Shown: piece after piece, positions 23,571-34,989 of the stretch
How positions within the stretch are numbered: position 1 is the first letter of the stretch
Layout of the letters: each line of letters begins with the position of its first letter
Assembly (NCBI GenBank): GCA_001599295.1
Contig: BCGN01000001.1
Location: 1,736,001 to 1,800,000 of the forward strand
Reading direction: 5' to 3'
DNA: 64,000 nt
Source of the DNA: Sporopachydermia quercuum
Lineage: Eukaryota
Notes under the pieces: generated by a model
The model's database searches: none
Told to the model about the DNA's origin: nothing
What the model saw: the letters and a program-made list of their open reading frames with translations, nothing else
Position numbers and translations under genes: made by a program

Positions 23571-23901
23571 GACTGAGTACTGCCCTTCTTCAGAAACGAT
23601 ACAAATGTCAGTTAGTCTGCTTCCAGAGCTAACACACAAAGTGTGAAACTGAAAGAACTGCAGATTCTATCGAAACCAAAAGACGAAAGAAAGAAAAAGG
23701 AGCAGATTATCAAATTACCAAATCACCTTTCTTCTTCACTGCTGTTTCTAAAAGTATGTATCTTCTCAGTCCAAGTATTATTTTCTTAATCGTTAATTAC
23801 TACTATAATAACGAGTTATGAGTTACTTTGACAATTCTTTTCTCTGTAAATACTGCTCTTGCTCACTGAAAGTAAAATTTCCTTCCATTATCAGTCTGCA
23901 T

Positions 23902-23911
23902 ATCACGTGAT
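23902..23911. promoter_or_regulatory. Palindromic E-box ATCACGTGAT (Cbf1-type bHLH site) in the PET127/HapX divergent promoter
   Basis: Matches RTCACGTG on both strands. Confidence 0.5.
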
Positions 23912-24573
23912 TAAAATGTGTCCTTTAATAAAATGTCCGTAAACCTAACATATGTCCGGGGAAACAGATGTATGGGTGTATTCTTAAAGTTAAGGGCATC
24001 TTATTACGAACACAAAGTTTAGTCCCAGCTTCGCTCAATATTTAAAGTTGCATATTACAAAGTTTGAAGATTCAAAGTTACTGATCTTTTTGATAGTAAA
24101 TGCGTTGGAGGAGACCTGAAGATAGTAAAAGCGTACCAAACACAAATTAGTGTGAAATTCAGGGGCTCTTTAATCCCATTTTGTATTTTGTTCATTCAGC
24201 AGGTTATACTCTTCTCTTCTCTTCCTTATAGATATCATACCTCCTTTATTCTCACTGGTTAATTGTGGGTGGAAATGAATTGCTAGAGAATTTTTTTTGT
24301 TCGCAATCAAGATTCTGTGATCACAGCTTTCTATTGTTTTGTTTTGTTATTGACCACATTCTGAGAACCGTTTGTCTCTTCTGATCCTGTTACACCAACA
24401 CGCACTCAAGCTTCAGGTAGAAATCTATTGTACGAGTGTCTTAACGCTGAGGGAAGTTGGATTTTTATGGGAATACGTTGCACCTAGGGAGAGGAAAAGA
24501 CGGAGCAAAAATAATACGAAGAAGAGTTTTTCCTGTTCGAATAGCATAAATTATATATTGATCAGCGACAGAA

Positions 24574-26522
24574 ATGGCATCTTGTAAGTGGAAGGAAGAC
24601 GAAATAGAGACTGAATCGTTTTACGAGCTACTATCTAGAAGATGAATATGAATACTAACCCAGAATACCTTTTAGCACCAGCAATACAACGTAAGCCAAA
24701 TGGGACAAGTTCCCCACAAGCACAGCTTCAACCTAATATCAAGCCAACATCGCAACACACTCATATTCTGTCCAAAGCACCCATTGCTCCATCACCAGCT
24801 GGGTCTGGGTCTGTTTTGAATAAACGATCTCCAAGGACAATAGCTGGATCACCAGCATCCTCAGGCTCTCCAGATTATAGTGGGGGTCCAGTGAAAATTG
24901 TAACATCAAAGACATGGGTTTTGCCTCCAAGACCCAAGCCAGGTCGCAAACCGGCTTCAGATACGCCAGCGACTAAACGTAAAGCTCAGAACCGGGCAGC
25001 ACAACGAGCTTTCAGAGAAAGAAGAGCGAATAGAGTTGTGGAGCTCGAAGAAAAGTTAGCAGACGTGGAAAAGGATAGAGATGATCGGGAGAATATGTTA
25101 CAACGTTCATTATCACAAGCGACTAGTGAGAACTCGCTGCTAAGAGAATCTTTGATGGAAATGAGGCGCGAGATTGAACTGCTGAAGAAACAATCTCAGC
25201 TTGGAAATACTGCTAACTCTGCAATGAATTCTCAACCACTTGCTCCTGCTGCCAGAGATGTTAGAAACACATCACAAGCCGCTATGTTAAATACATCTAC
25301 TACTGTTTCAACGCCAAACTCAGTGATATCAACACCAGCAAGCACAGTGTCTCAGAATGAAGGCTTTGTTTTTCAGCAAGCATCACCTGCACCTTCATCA
25401 GCTGCTTCTCCTCATGATCTATTGGAGAAACCGAAAGACGCTTCTACTGAGAGCTGTGGCATTTGCGAGAAGGATGAATGTTTATGTGAGGAAATAGGTT
25501 TAAAAAATACACCTCAATCTATTGGTAGTATGAGCGATAACGTATCTGATTTCTCACCAATGGATGCGGTACCCTTAAGCAGAAAACGCAAGTCATCATT
25601 GGAAATTGATTTCACTGCCAAATTTTCCAGGCCAAATGCATCAGGACCGAAGAAGTTACCTCCTGCTCTCCAACCAAAGCCCCAATCTAAACCTTTATCC
25701 AAGGCAGGATCCACGATGTCATCGTTTTTGACCTTCTCTCGTCATGGATCTCTATCTATGCTAGCAGAGGAAGCCATTGCTGATATACCAAGAGCCAATA
25801 ATACTCTTGAAGTTCCGGTAGAGTCCTGCGGCTTCTGCTCAGATGACTCACCATGTGTATGCCGTGAGGCTGCTAAATCTAACATGCCTACTCCTACTTC
25901 TACTACTTCGGCCAACAACTCTGCCTCTAGTAACAATAATATGATGAATGAGCGAAAAAGTATAGGATCTACTTCATCATCTTCTTCTCTTCCACCAATC
26001 CTAGGTCCTTTCGGTGTGCAACCAAGTCGACACCAATCTTTTGAAAGAACTACCAAACTGCCAGTGTTCCATCCAGGTCCTACAAAAGAAGTTCCCAAGT
26101 CAAATTCAGTTTCCAGTGCAAGTTCTGGTTGTACTGGTAATCCAGGAACTTGTGCCCAATGTCAAAAGGATCCTATGTCAACACTTTTCTGTGCTACTTT
26201 GGCATCAAGGATTGAGAATGAAGAAGAAGCAGCAAAGACTCCAGGGAGCGCCAAAGGAAGCCCTGATGATAGCGACTCAATAAGGCGTGATAGTGATCCA
26301 TTGGCTACATCCACAACACCAATTACAGATGCTGTTCCAACTTCAGGATCTGGAGTGTTTATTCCTTGTGCAGACGCGTATAAGACTCTATCGCGACATG
26401 CCAAGTTTTCAGCTATGGATTTAGGAACAATAGTGCAAAAATTGAATACGAGGGGTATGGAAGTTGAAGTGCAAAGTGTGGCAAATGTATTAAGGGATTT
26501 GGATAAAAGGCTGTACAATTAG
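24574..26522 (+). CDS. HAP43: Iron-responsive bZIP transcription factor HapX/Hap43; predicted exons 24574-24583, 24676-26522
   Basis: Hap4-like VTSKTWVLPPRPKPGRKP, bZIP KRKAQNRAAQRAFRERR, Cys-rich CGICEKDECLC, CGFCSDDSPCVC, CTGNPGTCAQCQ. GTAAGT at 24584 and TACTAAC at 24653-24659 mark an intron. The track start (24642) lies inside it. Confidence 0.9.
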
Positions 26523-27531
26523 TTCAAACAAAGGTTATGGGTATATTTATTATTAATGTTTAGTTTTCTTTCATTTTATTTTCAGGGGTTTCTCTTACAT
26601 AGATAAGAATTCATATGGTGTTGCATGGTTAATTTCACGATGTTGTATTAGTAGGTTATTTATTGGTATATATTGTTCAGGTGCACAACGAGGATATCAA
26701 ACTGCGCTAGATCGGTAGGTAGATGGAATTCTTTTCTTCAAATAAGCAAGCCAGTTTTAGCCCATGTCGTTAGAATAGCTAATGACCGATGCATCCAAAA
26801 TCCAAGACTACGAATGCCTATACACTACTCTCAGCAGTTCTGTAAATAATCAAACAAAACTTATCAGTCATCTCACTATCACCCATATGGTTTGTAGATA
26901 TTAGTTGAAGTGTATCATTCCAGTACTACTTCACGAACCTACTTTACCGCTAAGAATAGAACCTTCAAAGCTTCAAATAAAGTAAGCCCATGTATAATCA
27001 TTATTCTACAGTTAAACCAACTGTTCAACTATCATTTCATCAAACCAGTAAACCAATATATTACTTCTTCCTTTTCTTCAATCAATCAGTAGATGTCTTA
27101 TCGACGCAGATTCTTCTCCTGTAATGAGACAAAGAATCACATTACTTGATTTACAACCTCTTTTGAAACAGTATAGGATAACTCTTGCTTAATCCTCCCC
27201 CCTTTTCAGACGCTTAGATTGTTTCATTTCCGTGCCCCTATTATTGGACAGCAAACTTTTAATCATTTCATATTAATTTTTTTTTGGCAAATCACATTCA
27301 CAGTTCCGTCCCGAATATTGATTTTCTTCCGATGGTTTGCAGCTCAATTCAGAACAATAATTCCACTACAATTTCTAACGCACTATTGAGATATCCAGTG
27401 GGAAAATAGACTCTGTTACGCACAGTATTTTCTACAATCTTACAGTGATCTCATCCTCTTCATACCACTTGTGATACTATCTAACGTCATTGTAGTGTCA
27501 ACCCCTAGATTCAACATAACCTCTATCGACA

Positions 27532-29229
27532 ATGGATGGAAGAACAGTTGGTATTCTTGGTGGAGGCCAATTAGGCCGAATGCTTGTTGAAGCTGCGCAT
27601 AGGCTAAACGTGAAGACCGTTATTCTTGACGGTGAAAATGCTCCAGCCAAGCAAATTAACGCTCAGTCAGAACATGTCAATGGTTCGTTCTCTGATCCTG
27701 CCGCTATTTCTGAATTGGCTAGCCGTTGCGATGTTCTTACAGTGGAAATCGAGCACGTCAATGCTGATCATTTAGCTCAACTAGAGAAAACAACTAAGAT
27801 TGAAATCCATCCTTCTCCGGAAACAATCAAAACCATCCAAGATAAATACCTACAGAAGGAACATTTCCATTCTCATGGAATTGCTACAGCTGAATCCCTT
27901 GCTGTTAACGGCACTGAAGAGGCAATCAAAACCATTGGTGCAACATATGGGTACCCTTTCATGTTGAAATCTCGCACTATGGCTTATGATGGTAGAGGGA
28001 ATTTTGTTGTTGAATCTGAAGCTTCAGCAAGTGAAGCAATCAAGTTTTTAGCCGATAGACCATTATATGCTGAGAAATGGGCACCTTTCACTAAAGAATT
28101 AGCCGTGATGGTTGTAAGATCCCGGGATGGTGTTGTTAATTCTTATCCAACTGTTGAGACCATTCAAACCAATAATATATGCCATTTGGTGTATGCTCCA
28201 GCTCGTGATGTCCCTGATAGTATTCTATATAAAGCACGTGTGCTTGCGGAGAATGCCGTCAAGACATTTTCTGGTGCAGGAATTTTTGGAGTGGAAATGT
28301 TCCTATTAGCTAATGGAGAACTTCTTATCAACGAAATTGCTCCCCGTCCTCATAATTCTGGCCATTATACAATCGATGCCTGTGTCTCATCGCAATTCGA
28401 TTCTCATATTCGTGCTGTCCTTGGTTTGCCTCTACCCAAAGGATTTACCGATTTTCCAACTCCTGAGACTAATGCTATCATGCTTAATGTTATAGGTACT
28501 CAAGAACCTAACGGTGAGCTGCAAGTGTGTAAGCGGGCTTTAGAAACACCCCAAGCCTCTGTCTATCTATATGGAAAGACCACCCGTCCTAATAGAAAAA
28601 TGGGTCATATAAATATAATGGCTCCAAGTATGTTTGAAGCAGAAAAGAAGCTCAAGTATATTGTTGGTGAAGATGTTGATGATGATAGTAGTACTGATGG
28701 TTCTTCTAATACTGAACAACCGTTAGTATCAATTATTATGGGTTCAGATTCAGATTTACCAGTAATGGCAGCCGGAGCACGTATTCTGAAGCAATTTAAC
28801 GTTCCATTTGAACTGACAATTGTTTCTGCTCATCGAACACCATTTAGAATGGCCTCGTTTGCTACCCAAGCGGCTGCCAGAGGAATCAAAGCTATTATTG
28901 CTGGCGCAGGTGGTGCAGCACATTTACCTGGTATGGTTGCCGCTATGACTACATTACCAGTCATTGGTGTTCCTGTCAAAGGCTCCACACTTGATGGCAT
29001 CGATTCTTTATATTCTATTGTTCAAATGCCCAGAGGTGTTCCTGTGGCCACTGTAGCTGTTAACAACAGTACCAATGCTGCATTGCTCGCTGTACGTATA
29101 ATTGGGGCCTTTGATGCCAAGTATTATTCTGCTATGGCTCAATATTTGCAATCTATGGAAGAGGAAGTCTTGGTGAAAGCTGAGAAGCTGGAAACGATCG
29201 GATTTGAGGGGTATTTGGATAAGAAGTAA
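27532..29229 (+). CDS. ADE2: Phosphoribosylaminoimidazole carboxylase (PurK-PurE fusion)
   Basis: [56 protein letters not shown]. Confidence 0.98.
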   Translation: MDGRTVGILGGGQLGRMLVEAAHRLNVKTVILDGENAPAKQINAQSEHVNGSFSDPAAISELASRCDVLTVEIEHVNADHLAQLEKTTKIEIHPSPETIKTIQDKYLQKEHFHSHGIATAESLAVNGTEEAIKTIGATYGYPFMLKSRTMAYDGRGNFVVESEASASEAIKFLADRPLYAEKWAPFTKELAVMVVRSRDGVVNSYPTVETIQTNNICHLVYAPARDVPDSILYKARVLAENAVKTFSGAGIFGVEMFLLANGELLINEIAPRPHNSGHYTIDACVSSQFDSHIRAVLGLPLPKGFTDFPTPETNAIMLNVIGTQEPNGELQVCKRALETPQASVYLYGKTTRPNRKMGHINIMAPSMFEAEKKLKYIVGEDVDDDSSTDGSSNTEQPLVSIIMGSDSDLPVMAAGARILKQFNVPFELTIVSAHRTPFRMASFATQAAARGIKAIIAGAGGAAHLPGMVAAMTTLPVIGVPVKGSTLDGIDSLYSIVQMPRGVPVATVAVNNSTNAALLAVRIIGAFDAKYYSAMAQYLQSMEEEVLVKAEKLETIGFEGYLDKK

Positions 29230-30027
29230 ATATGACTGATTTTAGAAGCACATAAATGTTTTACTAGTTTAGTAAGAACAAGTTCATAGAGACTTTAGGA
29301 GATGCAGCAAATACATAAATTATTTGTATAATTGGTTAGTTATTCTCTAAAGGTTGAATGAACACTACTATTAGTATAAATATGAATCATTATTAGTGTT
29401 ATGAGTATCATCAAACTAATTAGTTAATTAATTAGTTTGGTACATATTATATTAATTATACACAGTAATATCATTATAACAGTTCACATATACATCTCTG
29501 AATTATCATGAATTTTCGAATTATTGACATCCACAATCAACTGCATTCAATAAAGAACGATTCATGTAATTATTGTTGGTTCCTTGATATCTTAATTCAT
29601 TTAACGCTATCACTCATCTTATTACTTCTTTGGTTGAAACAGCTAGGTGTTCATTTAACGCCTTATCTTCTTCCTATCGATTTGATAGTCCTTTTTATTT
29701 TATTTATTGGAAATATGAGTTTCATCTCGCTCCGGCTATTATGCAGTTTCAGGAAACAAATCTCTGTTTGGTTCTTTCTTTTGCCATGATCATTAATAAA
29801 AGTGACTCAAAACTATAAAGATCACAATAGATAGGATCATCATAACAATAAATCGTTCGTTCTTGTTGATGGCTTCATCATGATCAATGATCGTTGGTAA
29901 AAAATATTTGATCTCACCCAGCATACATAGTAAAATGAAAGGAAAATTCTAGCAGTCTACTCCTCATAGTTCAATTGTAGGTAACAATAATGTTGCTACT
30001 CATAAATCTCGCATATCATTTGATTGG

Positions 30028-33000
30028 TCATTTGAAGTTCTTCCTTTGCTGTAATTCAGCTAATCTATTATACAACGTCTGTAGTTGTTGTAAAGGCTTC
30101 TCCAGTAAAAAGAATGATTGAGCAAACACCTCCAGGAAATCTTTCCCAATAGCAATCATCGACATCAACTCTTCTGGATTCAATAACAGTTCTTTCATAT
30201 CTGCAATAATATCAGTATCTTCAGGAAACAGCCAAGCAGGTAATTGTCTTCTTACGTTTTCGCCATTGGCATTAGCTCCCCAGCTTTGATATCCAATAGC
30301 AAAACCTTCCTCCTGCAAAGAATGAACTCCAGAAAAATAGATAGCTAATGCAGCAAATGAAGCTAATGTACATGATAATTGGCCACACATCATAGCAACA
30401 GTCCATGGATATTGCTGCCATATTTCTTTCCTTTGTCTTAACTTCTTCGATTCCTTAATAGCATCATCACCTGTTTTCGTTCCTGTGTTTAACACTTCTG
30501 GTGAAATGGAATCATCTACCAATAGATAATATCTACTGATAATACCCTCAACCCACCATTTTCTCACTGAATCTGATTCAATGGGCAATTGTATAGCCTC
30601 CTCATAATTTGTAGGTCCAATAACTATTGGGAATGGATGAATATCGTCACAGTTTTTGTCATTTGAATTTATGGTGATTGTCATTGTATTAGTACTCGTA
30701 GTAGTGGTAGTGGTCGCAGTAGTTACAGTTGTTCCCGAAGATCCTCCTGCATGTCCTGTAGACCCATTGCGGTTTCTATTGTTACCACCACCTTCATTGT
30801 CTTCTACTCCTACTTCCAGTTCCATTTCAACATCTTCATCAAGTTCCTCGTCATCAACTTCGATGCCACCAGAGTCTGTTCTCCTAGGCTCAGCGCTTCT
30901 CGGTTTACCTAAATATTCTCTTGCGTCTGCAAAATGCTCATAGTTAAAATCTGGAAGAATCACTATTTCCATGAATCTCATCGTAGCTTCTAGACATTTC
31001 CATAGATATAACTTCTGGAAATCCTTGGCTCTTCTGAAGGCATCTATCACTGTTTCTAAAGGTACTTCTGTCCAGTTGTCAACATTCTGGAATGCTGAGT
31101 TGGCATCCCAAGTAACTGGAGCAGGTAGAGGTTTGAAAGGGAAGAAGTTTTGGCACTGTTCCGTGTATAGAAGGATATGGCTCATTTCGATTGTAGCCGC
31201 AGCTGAAATAAGGTCTGAATCAAGGATTAGTACGCCTTCTGGAATGAGCATTCCCTTAGATTCCAATTGCTTGGTTAACCCTTTAGGAGAAGCGGCTGTG
31301 TTAGGTTCACTACTGGAAGCATCTTTAGTAACACCGACGTCCTTACTAGCAGCCAGTAGTGCTGCTTTGAACTTTCGACGACTAATTCTTTTTAACTTGA
31401 ACAATGGTGGGAATTTCTCCTTTTGCCATATCAATTCTTCTTCGAACTTCTCAATCACTGGTGTAGAAAGCATGCGTTCAGTAGAATTCCGCAGTTCTGA
31501 CCTGACAGCAGATATTTCATCCATGATATCTTCACACGTTTTGAATGCTACAACTACCAATGAATCACCATAAAACAACGATTTTCTTGTTTCCACTTGT
31601 CCTAAAGAAGGATTATGAAGATACGCAGGCCCCATAGGATCATCTCCTGTTCTGCCAACAGCTGGATTCTTGTATACTTTTTCTCTGACGCCTAGGAGTC
31701 GATGGCCCCGAGAGCCAATCATCTTTGATTTGTTGACCCCAGACAGATAACTTCCATGATGCACATTGGAGCTTCTTTGACTCATGTCAACTGAATGGGC
31801 TACTTTTATATGATCATAATAAACCTTTTCACCCATTCTATTACCAAAGCGGATATTAGCTTCCATCAGAGCCCAAGAATCAATAGGGAAAGCCAAGTTA
31901 TAAAAGAAATCCGGTAGATCCACTGGTAAAGGTCCATGGGGTTTCCCTCTGAGGAGTCTGAGGACTACCTTAACTCTCCAAAGCATCCATAATGAACGTA
32001 CAAGATCTTCTTGGTCCTGAAGCTGTCTTCTGTTTGCACTGGGGAATGATCGTTCCAAGGCTGATCCAGGTGAATCTATGTTTGATACGCCATCTATTAG
32101 TCCCGAGCTAGTGAGCGAAGAAGATTCTGTGGTGCGGACAGAGTTATCAACATCCTTATCGGACACTGTAATAGACGTGTTCGTTGAGTAGTTGATAATG
32201 TTGTTATGCACATTGATGTTATTAAGATACACAGCTTCAAAGTATCGTTTATTGTCCAATTTGAAGTATTTTACAATGGCCGATGCTCGTCCCAATAATC
32301 CCAACATGGTTTCAAACTGTCCAGATAATCCGAATGCTGTACCAAATATAATAAGAGTTTTAACTGAGGAAATATCCGAAATGGATTTCCAATGCTTCTC
32401 TGCCTTGCCGAGCCATTTATGAATATCACATAGATCCTCCTCAATTGTCAATTTATCGATGGTTTCCAGTGTTTGTTTAAACGACCTCATGGCGGATTTT
32501 CTCGGCAAAGAGGATTCTGGAAGAGATCTTTTCTTGCTATTATGGTTTTCTCCACCAAGAGAGTTGTCATTGTCATCATTTGGCCCTTCGCCAATCGATA
32601 TTGCATTATCAGCTGTTATATGATCTGTCTGAGTTTCTCGTATTGCTGCTAATCTGCTTCGTTTGATTCCTGCTGCTACTATAAATCCTAGACATAACAC
32701 TGCATGAACCAGTGGTGCGTCTGCTCTAATACAAACAGTATCCAGAAAATCGTTTTTGTTGGGTAGAAGGAACAAGTTCGGTTGAATGGTTTGATAGTAG
32801 ATGTCAACAATAAAACAGATCAGTTCAATATTCTCTGAAAAGCAATAGAACTCGAGAATGTCAGGATAAACGTCAAATGGGTTTGGTTTCTGAATCCACT
32901 TCTTCTTCTTTTCCCTTTTATAGCTAAGTTTGGCCTTCTGTTTGGTAAATATGTGGCTGCCAGAGTCTCGGATAGAAGGAGAGGTTCTCACGAAGGACCG

Positions 33001-34989
33001 GAGCGGATCAGAGTCTGATTTATTCGCCTCTGTCAAAAGGGATTCATCTGAATTTTCTCCGTTGGAACCGACGCCTTCTTTCGCTGGCAAAACATTCTTA
33101 TTAGACGAGGAGCCTGATGTTAAGACTTCTGGCTGAGGCCTGGTGGGGATGCTTTTGGACCTTGGGGCTAAAGCGCTGCTGGACTTGCTAGTGCGAGCCG
33201 CAGCTGACGCCAATATTGCTGTTTGGTTAGATGTGAATTCTTCAAGCTTCTGTTGCATTGACAGTTGAATATTTCGTAGCTCTGAAATTTGTAGTTGCAT
33301 CATTACAAACGAATTGTGGAATTCTGAACTTGGAATTGGAACTTCGGACAGAGACGGAATAGAATTGCGACTCATTGAAGGATAGATTTGTCGTGAGTTC
33401 AGATGCTCTGTGTGATCATTATGTGGTGGTAGATTTAGACTGTGAGTATTACTGGTGATGGTATTGTTATTGGTATTGTTAATGTTGTGGTTATTACTAT
33501 CAATACCATTATTGATGTAGGTGTTGTGGTTCCCAGAGTTATTGCTATTATCCTTATTAGCATTATTATCATTGCTGTTGTTGCTATCATTAGTACGATT
33601 ATTCCCACTATCGTTATTATTACTGCTGCTATTCGTATTGTTATTACTACTACTGCTGACATTATTATTAGTGTTTTCGTTACCAGCAACTAAGGACCCA
33701 TTGTCTATTCCAACATGGGCATTGTAGTTTCCACCACTAACACTTATATGTTTAGAGATACCGCCCACCAAGCTTGGTGGATAAAATCTTTGCTGTCCAA
33801 AAGAGTCCTGATTGATTAATTGCAGAACTGTCCCTGGTGATAAAGCAGAATCCCCCATGTAACCAGTACCAGAGTTCGGGAATGGAGACGGAGCCGAAGT
33901 GTATGGAATTGGAGGATTCAATGAGATACTCCGTCTACCTGAAATACTGCTAGGACCGGGACCTGTTGGAATTCCTGTCACAGAAGAACCTTTCGTGCTT
34001 ACAGGAGCTAGATTTGGCGGAGGAGCATTTGACATTGTCGAACCGGTGAATCGCATATTAGTACCTCGAGAATAAGAGCTTGTAGAAGGTTCGGATGTTC
34101 CGATCTTCATAGGGTTATATTTCAGAGCAGAGAATGGCGGTGGGATGTTTGAGTGTGTCATATAACTAGTTGACCCTGTTGCTGATGGTGCCGAAGGTTT
34201 CCCAAGGAGCAAGTTATCAGTTGCACTAGTAACAGAAGCGGAGGACGCGAAATCCATAGATGTTACAGGAACAGGTAGGATATTGTTTGACATTACAGAC
34301 ATACTTTCATTTCCTTGCAATGGGATATTGTTTGGAGGTTGCGAGAAAGGTATTGGCATTTGTAGGGATACCATATGACTCCCTGGTGCCGATGGGGAAT
34401 TCGGGATAGGAGTTGTGGTGAGGGACTCTACACCAAGAGGAGATCTAGCATTGGCCGCGACAATCCCCAGGGATGGAAGCAACTGGGTATTGTTGTTATT
34501 GCCCATAGCATTGATAGGGATGTTACTATTATCGTGATTTCCTAGCATCTTGTTGTTATCAACAGACCTTCCAACAAAAGAATTGTGAGGTCTATCATCT
34601 GTTGCTTCATCTGGTGGCGTATGTGCTGATACAATCTGACCTTCCGTTATAGATTTATTGCCTGAATCATGAACATTCATCTCTTCCTGGATATTAAGCT
34701 TATTCGAATCCTTTGCCCTTCTTCTGCCTCCTCTGTTGCTTCTGACAAAAATACATTCTCTGTTGATGAGTCTGCAATTAGAACATACAACGGTAGTATC
34801 AATAGGTATTCCCTGAGCATTCACCAGTGGTTCCCCGTCGCATTTAATTTTCTTCTCTCTACATGAAAGACAAGCTCTTCTAGCTACTTTTCTTTTCTGA
34901 TGAGCCAAAGGAGTCTTGATGTTGGCGCTGGCATTGGCCAGTTCATTTTGTGCATGTTCCATTGTCAACGGTGTATTGGACGTGCTCAT
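30028..34989 (-). CDS. Large Zn(II)2Cys6 transcription factor, 1653 aa, with Asn-rich tracts
   Basis: N-terminal RACLSCREKKIKCDG...CSNCRLINRECIF; fungal-TF middle-region-like segment (IYYQTIQPNLFLL ... RSLWMLW). Confidence 0.85.
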   Translation of the reverse strand: MSTSNTPLTMEHAQNELANASANIKTPLAHQKRKVARRACLSCREKKIKCDGEPLVNAQGIPIDTTVVCSNCRLINRECIFVRSNRGGRRRAKDSNKLNIQEEMNVHDSGNKSITEGQIVSAHTPPDEATDDRPHNSFVGRSVDNNKMLGNHDNSNIPINAMGNNNNTQLLPSLGIVAANARSPLGVESLTTTPIPNSPSAPGSHMVSLQMPIPFSQPPNNIPLQGNESMSVMSNNILPVPVTSMDFASSASVTSATDNLLLGKPSAPSATGSTSYMTHSNIPPPFSALKYNPMKIGTSEPSTSSYSRGTNMRFTGSTMSNAPPPNLAPVSTKGSSVTGIPTGPGPSSISGRRSISLNPPIPYTSAPSPFPNSGTGYMGDSALSPGTVLQLINQDSFGQQRFYPPSLVGGISKHISVSGGNYNAHVGIDNGSLVAGNENTNNNVSSSSNNNTNSSSNNNDSGNNRTNDSNNSNDNNANKDNSNNSGNHNTYINNGIDSNNHNINNTNNNTITSNTHSLNLPPHNDHTEHLNSRQIYPSMSRNSIPSLSEVPIPSSEFHNSFVMMQLQISELRNIQLSMQQKLEEFTSNQTAILASAAARTSKSSSALAPRSKSIPTRPQPEVLTSGSSSNKNVLPAKEGVGSNGENSDESLLTEANKSDSDPLRSFVRTSPSIRDSGSHIFTKQKAKLSYKREKKKKWIQKPNPFDVYPDILEFYCFSENIELICFIVDIYYQTIQPNLFLLPNKNDFLDTVCIRADAPLVHAVLCLGFIVAAGIKRSRLAAIRETQTDHITADNAISIGEGPNDDNDNSLGGENHNSKKRSLPESSLPRKSAMRSFKQTLETIDKLTIEEDLCDIHKWLGKAEKHWKSISDISSVKTLIIFGTAFGLSGQFETMLGLLGRASAIVKYFKLDNKRYFEAVYLNNINVHNNIINYSTNTSITVSDKDVDNSVRTTESSSLTSSGLIDGVSNIDSPGSALERSFPSANRRQLQDQEDLVRSLWMLWRVKVVLRLLRGKPHGPLPVDLPDFFYNLAFPIDSWALMEANIRFGNRMGEKVYYDHIKVAHSVDMSQRSSNVHHGSYLSGVNKSKMIGSRGHRLLGVREKVYKNPAVGRTGDDPMGPAYLHNPSLGQVETRKSLFYGDSLVVVAFKTCEDIMDEISAVRSELRNSTERMLSTPVIEKFEEELIWQKEKFPPLFKLKRISRRKFKAALLAASKDVGVTKDASSSEPNTAASPKGLTKQLESKGMLIPEGVLILDSDLISAAATIEMSHILLYTEQCQNFFPFKPLPAPVTWDANSAFQNVDNWTEVPLETVIDAFRRAKDFQKLYLWKCLEATMRFMEIVILPDFNYEHFADAREYLGKPRSAEPRRTDSGGIEVDDEELDEDVEMELEVGVEDNEGGGNNRNRNGSTGHAGGSSGTTVTTATTTTTTSTNTMTITINSNDKNCDDIHPFPIVIGPTNYEEAIQLPIESDSVRKWWVEGIISRYYLLVDDSISPEVLNTGTKTGDDAIKESKKLRQRKEIWQQYPWTVAMMCGQLSCTLASFAALAIYFSGVHSLQEEGFAIGYQSWGANANGENVRRQLPAWLFPEDTDIIADMKELLLNPEELMSMIAIGKDFLEVFAQSFFLLEKPLQQLQTLYNRLAELQQRKNFK

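Noticed and set aside
8898..23911. Point-centromere CDEI motifs (GTCACATG at 8898, ATCACGTG at 23902)
   Set aside because: Neither is followed by a very AT-rich CDEII and a CDEIII CCGAA element; ordinary bHLH sites are more likely.
10083..29229. CUG codon reassignment (Ser or Ala)
   Set aside because: CTG encodes conserved Leu positions (MYO2 HLFAIA, FKLEQEEY; ADE2 ELQVC, KLETIG), consistent with the standard code.
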